Assembly: GCA_001600695.1 (NCBI GenBank)
Contig: BCKQ01000003.1
Location: 1,277,934 to 1,327,135 of the forward strand
DNA: 49,202 nt
Reading direction: 5' to 3'
Source: Ascoidea asiatica JCM 7603
Lineage: Eukaryota; Fungi; Ascomycota
A program made the translations under genes and the position numbers. Shown one piece after another: positions 11,174 through 22,500 of this stretch; the first letter of the stretch is position 1, and every line of letters begins with the position of its first letter. The notes beneath the pieces are model-generated. The model ran no database searches, was not told the DNA's origin, and saw nothing but the letters and a program-made list of their open reading frames with translations.

Positions 11174-11545
11174 TTAAAAGAATAAAGAATAGAAAAAAAA
11201 TATTATATACATGAAATAATTCATTTTAAATGAAGTATTATTACAAGCACCATTTGAAGTAGAACCAGAACCATATCTAGTTTTATGTTTAGTTTTATGT
11301 TTGGTTTTATGTCTAAATTTTCTTTTAACCAATTTATTATCACTTTTCTGTTTTATTGTTTTTTCTTGATTTTGTCTCAGATCTTCAATTATTTCTCCAT
11401 CAAACTCTAAATTTTTACTTGAAATACCATTAAATAACTTTAAACTAGAATTTTCAACTGTAGAACATTCATCTAAGCTAAATAATGTGATTAAAACAAT
11501 TGCAGAAAAAAGAATATGAAAACAATAATTTTTCAAGAACAACAT
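11174..11545 (-). CDS. Small secreted, probably GPI-anchored protein with a Kex2 site and a His/Lys-rich mature segment
   Basis: Signal peptide, LVKR, then KFRHKTKHKTKHKTRYGSGSTSNGA and a hydrophobic C-terminus. Confidence 0.7.
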   Translation of the reverse strand: MLFLKNYCFHILFSAIVLITLFSLDECSTVENSSLKLFNGISSKNLEFDGEIIEDLRQNQEKTIKQKSDNKLVKRKFRHKTKHKTKHKTRYGSGSTSNGACNNTSFKMNYFMYIIFFFYSLFF

Positions 11546-12103
11546 TTTTCAATTTGAATTCGATTAATTAATAGATCTTAATAATTCTATAAACTAATAA
11601 TATTTTATAATAATATTCAAAAGGGATCTATAAAAGAAAAATAGACAAATATTGCGATATTTATAAATCATTCATATGAGATTTGAATAATTACAAAATA
11701 GGTTTCAATAATAACTTCAGCCTCTTTAATATCAATATCAGAGTCCACTTTTCTATATGTACTCATATGCTTATATACTTGCCTAAATTTCATTCTGAGC
11801 CAGATTCGATTACTTAACTAAATTGCTTTTGTAAAACATTTAATACATTTTTATGTATATAAAAAATTGTCTATTTAATATAATTGAAGACTAGCTATAA
11901 AATAAAAAAGAAATTAGAAAGCAAAATGAAAAGCCTCAAGCAAACATAAAGATAAAATGAAAACAAAAAATAAAAAATATAAAATAATAAAATAAACAAT
12001 AAATAATAAACAATAAATAATAAACAATAAACAATAAACAATAAAAAGTAAACAAACAATCTATAAAACATAAGTATTATTCAATTAAGAATAAATAAAT
12101 ACT

Positions 12104-13699
12104 TTAACTAGAAAAATTACAGATATCTGTGAATTTTCTATCATCAAAAGGCTGTGGAAAAAGATCATATTCAATTAATTTTTGCATATCCCATTGTACA
12201 GAATCATTCATTTTCCAATTCCAAAATATCCATCCATTACTACCATATTCAAATGCATCTAGTTGAGCTTCAATAAATTGTCTTGTTTCATTTTTCATTT
12301 CATTTGTCCATGTATCATAACTATTATCATAAGGTGAATCATCACTACTATCCCAAGCTGCTGTAAATTCTCCAGCTACATAAGTATCTGTTGATTCAAG
12401 TTTTTTTAAATTATTTCCCCAAGTACAAACTCCAGTTGTAATAAGTTCATCAAATGATAAACCATCATATGAACTGTCATAAAGAACATAAAAATGACTA
12501 TCATATATTATATTTGTATATTCTGTTTTATCACTCATAAAATCATCCCAATATCCTAACCATTCATAAGCATCATGTAAAACTATAGTAGAATCAGTTA
12601 AGGCTAAATCATCTCTAACAACTTCATACATATCTTCATAAAATGTCTTTAAATGATCTTCGGTCATAGATTGAGATGACATTATTGGTTCATTTAATAA
12701 TTCAATTCCAGCAATAACATCTTCATATTCTCCACCACCATATGTATTAAAAATATCTTTCAATATTGTTTTAGCCAAATCAGTATTATTAGTTAATGAA
12801 AATTCAAATAAATCAGTACAACCAGAATTATCATATCCATTTTGAGATCCTGGAGCACCATGTAAATCAATCCAAACTTTTAAATCATGATTTCTAGCCC
12901 AACCAATAGCATTTGCAAGATAAGTTGTTTGAGAACCTTTATAATATGGATCATTATCTAATTTTTCATAAGCCCAATAACCTATTGGAATTCTAACTAA
13001 ATTAAGTCCAACATTTTTAATATCAATAAAATCTTGTTCAGTAATAAATGTTGAAAAATGTTTTTCCAATAATTCTTTTGTTTTATCTTGTCCTAAAGTT
13101 TCACTGAAATGATATTCATCATTTGGAATATTATCATAAGAATCAAAATTATCAGTTGAGAATAAATCAGAATTAATAAATCTTTCAATTAAAAGCCAAC
13201 CACCGAGATTCACACCTCGTATTATTTCACTTGAATCATTTGTTGAAGATGAGACTGAACTTTGACTTGTTGTTGAAGTTTGAAAAGTTATTGAAGATTG
13301 AATTTCTGAGGATGTTGATTGAATTTCTGAGAATGTTGGTTGACTTTCTGATGTTGTTACTTGTAATTCCCATGATGTTGTCAGACTCTTTAATGATGTT
13401 ATCTGAGTTTCCAATGATATTGTTTGAATATATGAAGTTGTTTGAGTATCTAAAGTCGTCTGAGTATCTAAAGTTGTCTGAGTTTCTGATGTTATTTGAG
13501 CTTCTGCTGCTCCCTGAGTTTCTGTTATTATCTGGACTGGAGCTGTTGCTTGAATTGTTGCTGTTGATCTAAATGTTTCTGTTACGGTTTGAACTATTAT
13601 ATTTCCATTATCTGCCAAAGCAATAGGAGAAGCATTTATAAGTTTAATTAAATTTATAGGTATTATTATAAAAATACCAAACAACATTTTTGTTTTCAT
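12104..13699 (-). CDS. GH5 (Exg1-like, subfamily 9) beta-glucanase with an N-terminal Thr/Ser-rich stalk
   Basis: RGVNLGGWL, VRIPIGYW, WIDLHGAPGSQNG, ELLNEP (acid/base Glu), AGEF (nucleophile Glu), EAQLDAFE, GWIFWNWK. The first ATG is at 13699; the track's start is TTG. Confidence 0.93.
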   Translation of the reverse strand: MKTKMLFGIFIIIPINLIKLINASPIALADNGNIIVQTVTETFRSTATIQATAPVQIITETQGAAEAQITSETQTTLDTQTTLDTQTTSYIQTISLETQITSLKSLTTSWELQVTTSESQPTFSEIQSTSSEIQSSITFQTSTTSQSSVSSSTNDSSEIIRGVNLGGWLLIERFINSDLFSTDNFDSYDNIPNDEYHFSETLGQDKTKELLEKHFSTFITEQDFIDIKNVGLNLVRIPIGYWAYEKLDNDPYYKGSQTTYLANAIGWARNHDLKVWIDLHGAPGSQNGYDNSGCTDLFEFSLTNNTDLAKTILKDIFNTYGGGEYEDVIAGIELLNEPIMSSQSMTEDHLKTFYEDMYEVVRDDLALTDSTIVLHDAYEWLGYWDDFMSDKTEYTNIIYDSHFYVLYDSSYDGLSFDELITTGVCTWGNNLKKLESTDTYVAGEFTAAWDSSDDSPYDNSYDTWTNEMKNETRQFIEAQLDAFEYGSNGWIFWNWKMNDSVQWDMQKLIEYDLFPQPFDDRKFTDICNFSS

Positions 13700-15212
13700 A
13701 TTATATAGTGATATACTTGTTTGATTTTTCAATTTTGAATCTTAGTTTTAATTTTTATGATTGATAATTTTTTTCAAGAAAAGAATATTTTGTAAAAGCC
13801 AGAAAAAGAAAAAAAAATTGAAAAATAAAAAGGAATTCTGGAGCTTTATAAAGAATTACAAAATACTTTCAAAATTATCAAAATTATGGCTTAAAAGAGA
13901 TAACCATTATTTAATATTGTTCATTTAGTTTCTTTTACAATCATTTGGAGATTTTTTTTAACTAATCTAGACGACATGTTCGTCATGTTCCTGAATAATT
14001 CTAGATAGAGAGAAAAGCACACCCACCATTTTTTTATGAAAAAACTTTACAATAATACTTAAAATGATTTATTTAATTCCTTTTTGCCAAGCATTATATT
14101 AAAATCCAATACAAATTATTTAATTAATTAACCTTCATTTTTAAACCAAAATAGTAATAATGATAATTAATTGCAAATCTAGGTTTTCTAGATAAAATGT
14201 GTAACAAGTAGTAAACTGTAATCAAATTAATAGTGCCTTCATATATTATTCAATAAGTGGCCTGCTTCAAGCTATTAAATGATTATTTCGTCTATTTTAG
14301 GAGAAAGTATTGAAAGAGATTTTAAGTAATAAATATACTAATTTTGATTTAAATTGTTAATTCCAGTTGGGTGGTTAAACTTCTCCAAACCTTATTTGAA
14401 CCTTGGAAAAAGTTAACTTCTAGGCTTATTGGCCTTTAAACTCACTGATTTTTTTAGAATGTCATCATTTGAATCCATTTAAACAACTTATTTAATAATT
14501 AACCAACTCCTGATTAAAAACACCAAGCAAATCCCTTTCATTTTTTTATGTTCTGACAGATCAAACACCAAAAACCATCATACCAAGCATACCAACCAGC
14601 TTTTCTCTGTCTGCTTATTCCTTTTAAGTCATTGCAGCCTGTATTGTTTCCAAATTCAAATCAATTTGGGTGCCTGATTCTAAAAAGACGAGAGTGAAAA
14701 ATTCAGCTTTTTGAAATCGTTTTTGAAATGGAAATTTAAAATTGGTGTGAATTTTCCCTTTTTGTGACGCGTCTCGGCAAACACGCGAAAATCCAAACCT
14801 TTTTTTTGCGTTTCAGACCCAAAACAGCCACTGCAAGCACACAAAATAAAATAATCACCACAAATTAATATAAAATAAAGGGCAAGTGTTTAGCTATTTG
14901 GATAATTCTCAGTCGAATCAATAAAAACCAGTTCGATTCACCACCAGAGTTTCAAAGAACATTTTATGGCTATAGTAGAAAACAAAAGCCCAGTTGAACT
15001 ACAATGGGAAGCAATATAATATAAGATAGATCAATTATTTTGAAACAACAGGTTATCAAATCAAAATCTCAGGTTCTTGTTATTATGTAATGGTTGAAAT
15101 AGACTTTTATTGATTTTCAAAATGATAATGTATTATTGTGAAGTTACATCAAGAATACTGAAAAATATATAGATTTAAATATTCACAAATCAGAAATTAG
15201 AGAGAACATCCA

Positions 15213-16786
15213 TTATATATACAATTTCAAATCATTAAGATTATGAAAAGAAATTTTGAAAATCTCATTGTCACTGATAATTAGTTTTTTTAAAAATTTC
15301 AGTTTTTTGGCTTTATTAGATATAATTGAATCAATACTTCTTAATCTATTTGAAGATAAATCAATTTCTCTAATATTGATTAATTTACAATTTTTATTAA
15401 CTTTAAATTTTTTAATATTATTTCTTTTTATTGATAATTTCTTCAAATTTGAAAAATTATTAATTATAATTGAACAATCTTTCAAACAATTATCTGATAA
15501 ATCTAAAGTTTCTAAATTGATCAAATTAGTTAATTCCTTTGGAATTTCATTAATTAAATTTTTAGATAAGTTTAACATTTTTAAATTTCTTAAATGAAAT
15601 ATATTATCAATTTTTGCAATTTCATTGTTTGATAAAATTAAAACTTCTAAATTAATTTGATTTTCAAGACTTGATGAAGAAATTTCTGAGATTTCTTGAT
15701 TTGATAATTCAAGAATTGCAAGAGATTTTAAATTGTTTAAATTTTCAATTTTTTGAATTTTATATAAAATTGTTTTTTCATTATCAATATTATTATTATT
15801 ATTATTGTTATTATAAATAAAATCATTAGGATTATTTGAAATACCATTGATTGATAAAACTTGTAAATTAATTAAATTATCGAGTTTTTCCAATTTTGTA
15901 ATTTTATTTCCAGTTAAATCAAGTCTTTTTAAATTGATTAATTCATCTAAATTTAACTCGATTTATTGTCCTGATTTAATTTCTCTAAATTTATTAAATT
16001 TTCTAAATTTTTAATTTCTTTAATTTTACTTCTATTATAATCTAAAATTCTTAAATGGCCTAGATTTCTTAAATATACTATTCGAGATATTGTTAAATTT
16101 AAACTAATTAAATCAGTACAATAAATCGAGTTAAATATAGATAAATAATCAATTTCTTTATCTAAAGCAATTGAAATATGTTTTAAATTTTCATAATTTG
16201 ACAAAATGTAAAATAAATTTGGAATTAAAAGTTCATCATTGTATCTTAAAACCATGCCTTTAAAAAATAAAACACCCTCATATGAGCGACCAGCAAATTC
16301 TATTTCCAAATTTTCAACATTATTAAAGGATTTAAAAAATTTATTAAGTTGAATCAAGTCTTTATAAATTGAAAACCCCATTGTGGTTGTAAATGTTAAT
16401 GTTGGAACATATTTGAATGAATTTAATAATTGAGAATTTTCAATTTCTATTCTCTCTTTAGAAAAACTTGGCAAAAAGAAACCACCCTTATTGATAAATA
16501 TATTTTTCAAATCTGAAAATAATATTCTGATCTTTGATTTATCTAATTTATCTTCATCTGAAGAATCTCTGAAATTAATTTGAAAATATTTTGAACACTC
16601 TTTCACAATATTAGGATTAGAAGAAAGTGAAAAAAGAAGACATAATTCAAATGAAAATTCCTCAATTATCAATTGAAGAATATGAACTGGTAAATTCAAT
16701 CTATTTAACATGATTTCATTAGGAATTGAATTATTTATTGATTTACTGTTTTGAAAGGTAAACACTTTGTTTTTTTTCGTTGTCAT
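15213..16786 (-). pseudogene. F-box-like/leucine-rich-repeat gene broken by a frameshift near 15960
   Basis: The upstream ORF has LNLPVHILQLIIEEF and the first LRRs. The downstream frame is open from ~15962 (IELNLDELINLKRLDLTGNKITKLEKLDNL...) and continues SDS22-type LRRs. Confidence 0.7.
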
Positions 16787-17238
16787 TTTTCACCGAAATT
16801 TCTCTTTCATTTTCTTTATAAAGGGTCTTTTCGAACTCTGATTCGGATAAATTTTTAAATAAACTTCAAAGAATAATACAAAGAAACAAAGTTATGTCTT
16901 TAATCAATCCATTCAATTATTTCGAGTAAAACATTAATATTAGTATGAGAGTTTTGTGTTAAATAGGAATAAATTGTCTATCTGTTGCATATCATTTATG
17001 TTATATTATTAAGAAAGTGGAAATTACACTTTGTACCTATCAAAAATCCTATTATAATTCGGTTGAACTGTTTTCAAATAAACAACTTCTATAACATTTT
17101 AGGGTTGTGTCTTTTATTTTCTGGAACGTACTAAATTTAAATTATAATTTATTATAATAAATTCTAAGAAAATGTCTATATCTTACAAAAATATAAAAAA
17201 AAGGTTTTAATAATACAAAGTTAAAAGAAATGTTTTTA

Positions 17239-18597
17239 TTAACTGGAATAATCACATTTACTAGAGAATTTCCTATCATCAAAAGGCTGTGGGAAAAGAT
17301 CATATTCAATTAATTTTTGCATATCCCATTGTACAGAATTATCCATTTTCCAATTCCAAAATATCCAACCATATCCACCATATTCAAAAGCATCTAATTG
17401 AGCTTCAATGAATTGTCTTGTTTCATTTTTCATTTCATCAGTCCATTTATCATAATCTTCATTATATTTTGAATCTGAATTAGAATCCCAAGCAGCAGTA
17501 AATTCTCCAGCAATAAATTTATCTGTAAGATTATTTAAATTATTACCCCAATCACAAACTGCAGTATTAATTTTCTCATCAAATGTCATATTTTTATAAT
17601 AATCATTATATAAAACATAAAAATGACTATCATATAAAATATTTTTATAATCATCATCATTATTCATAAAATCATTCCACCAACCTAATGATTGATAAGC
17701 ATCATGAAAAATAATATTTGTTGAAGTTTGATTTAAATCACTTCTTACAACATCATACATATCTTCATAAAATCCTTTAAGATGATCTTCAGTCATTGAT
17801 TCAGTTGAAATTATTGGTTCATTTAATAACTCAATTCCTGCAATAACATCTTCATAATCTTCTCCACCATAAGTATCAAAAATTTGTTGTAATATTTTTT
17901 TAGTTAATGCAGTATTATTATCTTTAGAAAATTCATATAAATCAGTACAACCAGAATTATCATATCCATTTTGAGAACCTGGAGCACCATGTAAATCAAT
18001 CCAAACATTTAAATCATAAGATCTTGCCCATCCAATAGCTTTATTTAAATAAGTTGTTTGAGAACCTTTATAATATGGATCATTATCTAATTTTTCATAA
18101 GCCCAATAACCTATTGGAATTCTAACTAAATTTATTCCAACATCTTTAATTTTTTCAAAATCACTTTCATTGATGAATGTTTTGAAATGCTTTTCCATAA
18201 TTTCTTCAGATTTATTTTGACCTAAAATTTCTGAAAAATGATATTCATCTTTAGGTATACTATTTTCATTTTTAAAATTATCAGTTGAAAATAAATTTGA
18301 ATTAATGAAATTTTCTAAAGTTAACCAACCTCCAAGATTAACTCCTCTTACAGGATTATCTTTACTATATTCAAAAGAATTGGATATAGCTACTTTAGTG
18401 GTTTTACTTTTATTATCATCATCATTATCTATTGTTTTAATTATTTTAGGGTATAATTCAGATTTTTCTGGTTTTCCATTACTATATTGGATAAATTCAC
18501 CTTCTTGACTTCTTTTAAAAAATATAAATGGGGCAGCTTCAATTATTGTAAGATAAGTGTTAACAAAAAAGATTATTATTGTTATTATTAAAATCAT
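17239..18597 (-). CDS. GH5 (Exg1-like, subfamily 9) beta-glucanase, paralog of 12104-13699
   Basis: Signal peptide, FFKR Kex2-like site, and the same catalytic motifs (NEP, AGEF, GWIFWNWK). Confidence 0.93.
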   Translation of the reverse strand: MILIITIIIFFVNTYLTIIEAAPFIFFKRSQEGEFIQYSNGKPEKSELYPKIIKTIDNDDDNKSKTTKVAISNSFEYSKDNPVRGVNLGGWLTLENFINSNLFSTDNFKNENSIPKDEYHFSEILGQNKSEEIMEKHFKTFINESDFEKIKDVGINLVRIPIGYWAYEKLDNDPYYKGSQTTYLNKAIGWARSYDLNVWIDLHGAPGSQNGYDNSGCTDLYEFSKDNNTALTKKILQQIFDTYGGEDYEDVIAGIELLNEPIISTESMTEDHLKGFYEDMYDVVRSDLNQTSTNIIFHDAYQSLGWWNDFMNNDDDYKNILYDSHFYVLYNDYYKNMTFDEKINTAVCDWGNNLNNLTDKFIAGEFTAAWDSNSDSKYNEDYDKWTDEMKNETRQFIEAQLDAFEYGGYGWIFWNWKMDNSVQWDMQKLIEYDLFPQPFDDRKFSSKCDYSS

Positions 18598-19589
18598 TAT
18601 TTATTATATTATGTAAAATGGTATGTAAGAAAAAGAACAAAGAAATCAATATGGAAAAAAAAAGAAAAACAATAAAGACTAAGACTCATTTTCAGAGTTT
18701 CAAGCTCTTGACTTCTTTTTAGAAAAGGGTGCAAGTTTTCTTTAATTTATACAATTGGTACCTTGTTTCCTGACTTAAAAGGGAAGAAATGATTGAGACT
18801 CAAAATCTGTATTCTAAAATATTTTTTTTTTGATCAATGAGATCTATGAAATCTATTTTTTTTTTTTTCATTAAAAGATTATTTAAAATTTAGCCTTCTT
18901 TTGTGAAATATTTCAATTCTATTGGTTAAAATTAAACAAAGAATCATTGTCCCTTAAAAAAAGAGATTAATTTTGCCTACTTTGTCTACGATAAGAAGTC
19001 TTCAGACTTATAAAAAAATAGGCTAAATAGAGGCGATACAGGAAAATTGTCGTTACGCACCAATTTCCAGGCATATTTGTTCTGGATTGTGAGACATTAG
19101 CCAAAGAAATATTATATACAACTAGGAAAGCTAGCACGCCTGCTTCATGGTGGGCTATTCTTCCTAATTGTTGGTAAATTTTGGCTATGAATTTGGGATT
19201 GTTACAATTTTTAGTCTTACTTTTAGATTCTGGAGATTTTTCTTCAATTCTTTGTTAAAAAGCTGAATAAAATGTTTTTTTTTAGGCTCAGATTTTCAGG
19301 GTACAAAACAAGCTGGGGCAAGTAACTACTGACAGTGTCCCATATTCCTAAAATACTGGTTATTTAGGAGGAAACGAGAATAATTTAGGGACAGAACCTA
19401 TTTCATCAGATTTTGTCTAATTTTTCTAAATTTCGACTGGAGGCCTAGACCTTTTTTCAAATCAGTTGAATTATTGAAGCTACAACTACAGAATTATGAA
19501 AAAGATGTTTTTTTTTAAGATTTGCATATTTTTTTTGAATTTTTATTATTTTTGATAATTTTTTTTTGTTTTTGTTTTCTATATATAAT

Positions 19590-22500
19590 TTAATTTTTTG
19601 GTGGGGGTTTGAACCTTAACCTTTGTCCCTGATAATATATATCATCTAATACTCTGTCAAAATCTCCAATTGCCTTTAATTCTAAATATTTCTTGTATAA
19701 TCGAAGTGCTGATAATGCATCTTCAATTGAATCATGATTACCTTGTTGAACATCTGAATTTAATAAAATATATGATAAAAATTTTAATGATAATTTTCTT
19801 TTTTGATCAGGTTTAAAATAAAGTTCAATTGTATCTCTAACTTGATCTTTTGGTACTTGAATATTAATAATTCTAAAATCATTTGTTAATCCATGTCCAA
19901 TAAATACACATCCTAATTGTAAAAGTAACCATAATTTCCTGAATGCAACTTCAAGATAAACTAATGGTCTTTTACTTATTGCAGGATTTAAATCTCCTCT
20001 TTCAATTCCAGAAAATTTTGTAACATAATCTGCAATTTCTGATCTTGTTACAATATAATCATCAATAAATGGAATTCCTTCTTTTGGTCCATTATCTCCT
20101 CTAATTACAGAAACTCTGGCTAATGATTGTTTTTGAGGTTTTAAAACTGATCTTGTTCCATCACTTCTTAATTCAACTTCTTCTGGTACTAATGTTACAA
20201 ATTCTGCATCAATAGCTACTAATGTTCCAGGAACTGGAGCTTCTTCTCTTGTTAATAATTCATATTCAATAATTTTACCTTCTCTTGTTCCTTGTGCAAA
20301 AAAATCTTTATATAAAATTTCATCATTTATATCTTTTCCTAAATCATAATTAAATTCTTTTGTAGCTTGTATACTTTGATAAATTAATACAACTGGAGTT
20401 TTCCACCAATAACTTAAATTAAATACTTCTTCTTCACGTATTGGCATTACAAGAAAATCATTGAATAAATACCATTTATATGAATTATTTCCTTTATTTT
20501 CATCATATATTTTTATAAAAGAAACTAAATGTGAACTTTCTTCATTATTTCCTGAAATTTCTGCAACATATCCAATCATTTCATATCTTATAATTTCATT
20601 ATTATAATTTTTTTTATTAAATCTATTAGAATTTTTAATTGGTGAACTCAGTCCTGATAAATTATCATTTGGAAAATCAAAATTATCAGGTATTGAATTT
20701 GATGATCCTGGTCTATGACCCATATTAAAATCATTAAAATTTGCTTTTAATATTGGTCTTTGTGAAGTATTAGATAATTTTGCATAAAATTCTCTACAAA
20801 GCCAATTTTTTGGTTGTTGATTTTTTGGATAATATATTTTTTTACTAATTGATTGACGAATTTCATTCCATTCATCTTTTGTGATATTTAAATTCATTGT
20901 TAAAACTTTTGGTAAATTTCTTATTATTCTTGTAGTTTCCATAGGTTGATATTTTTGACATTTTTCACACCAACCTCTTGTTGTTGATGATCTATTCATA
21001 GAATTTTCAATATATGGAAGAATTGATGCAGGTACATTATTATGACTTTTATTTAAATTTTGATAAAAAAAATTTGGTGATTCATTATATCTTAAATTAG
21101 AAGATGTAGTTATAGGAGCAAATACATCTAATGAAAATATTATTTCATATTTTTGTTTAATAAGTTTACAACTACTAGTTTGAACTTGACTTTCTAAATC
21201 TAATCCACAAATACTTTCAATAGTTGAATTAGTTTTATTATTAAATTTTTGAATTTTTTTGATTTTTAATTTTTTTTTAAATCCACTTTTATCTTCTTCT
21301 TTTTTATTTAATGAATATGAATCATAAGTCATAGATGAATAATCACTAGTTTCATTATTACAACTATCATTTAAATCATTTTCTTTAATGGAAGAATTTG
21401 AAGAATCAGTATTTATATCATCATAATTATTATCCATTTGATTTTTTTTAACTTTTATTTTAAATTCATTTTGTTTTTTTTCATCATAAGATAATCTATT
21501 TAAAAAAAATCTATTAAAACTTTGAATTAAATTTTTTAAATAATTTTCTTCAGAATCATTTTGATTAGAAATTTTAAATTTTAAATCATCATTATAATTA
21601 ACAAGACCTAAAGCTAAAGCTTGAGGATTTGAAGAAAAAATAATTTGAAAATTATAAGGTCTACAATGTTTACCTTTTGCTTTTATAATCATATCAAGAA
21701 GGTAACCATATTCAGTTAAAATTGAACTTATATGACCTGGAGAATAAGATTTATTATTTGCTTCAATAATTTCAGAAGATAAATAATCATATTTTAAATT
21801 ATGTAAAACAAAATTAAAAATTTCTGGTATAAATCTATAAATTTGTAAAATTGGATTAATATATGAATTTTCAATATTAGTTTCTAAACCAGAATATTTT
21901 TTTGATTTATTATAAAAATTAAAATCAAAATCATTTATACCAAATTTTGAATATAAAATTTCAAGTTTTTTAAAAGCTCTTGGAATTTCATTTGGATTTT
22001 CTTTTGAATTTTCAATTTGAAATATTTTATCTTTTATTGATAATTCATCATCATCATAATCATAATCTGAAGATGAATAACCATCAGATTCAGAACTTTG
22101 ATTTTCAATTGCAATTATATTATTATTATTATTATTATCTTTATTTGAATTATTTTTTTTATTAAATTTATCTTTATTTTCATTTTTTGATAATTTAGTT
22201 GAATTAGAACCAATACTATTAAATGAAAAATCTTTTTCATTATCCATAAAATTAATATTTTCAGTGTTGGTATTATTATTATTATTATTATTATCAATAA
22301 AATTATGAGCAGAATGTTTTTTAATTGATTTTTCAGAAATAAATTTTGGTACTGGTAAATTTTTTTTTTTTGATTTATCTAAAGATTCATAAATTTGATA
22401 TAAATTTCTTGGACCATATTTAAGTTTATCATAATTTACAAATGAAATTCCATCAATTTTTTTTGATTTTAATAATAATTCATTATCAATTTTTTTTGGT

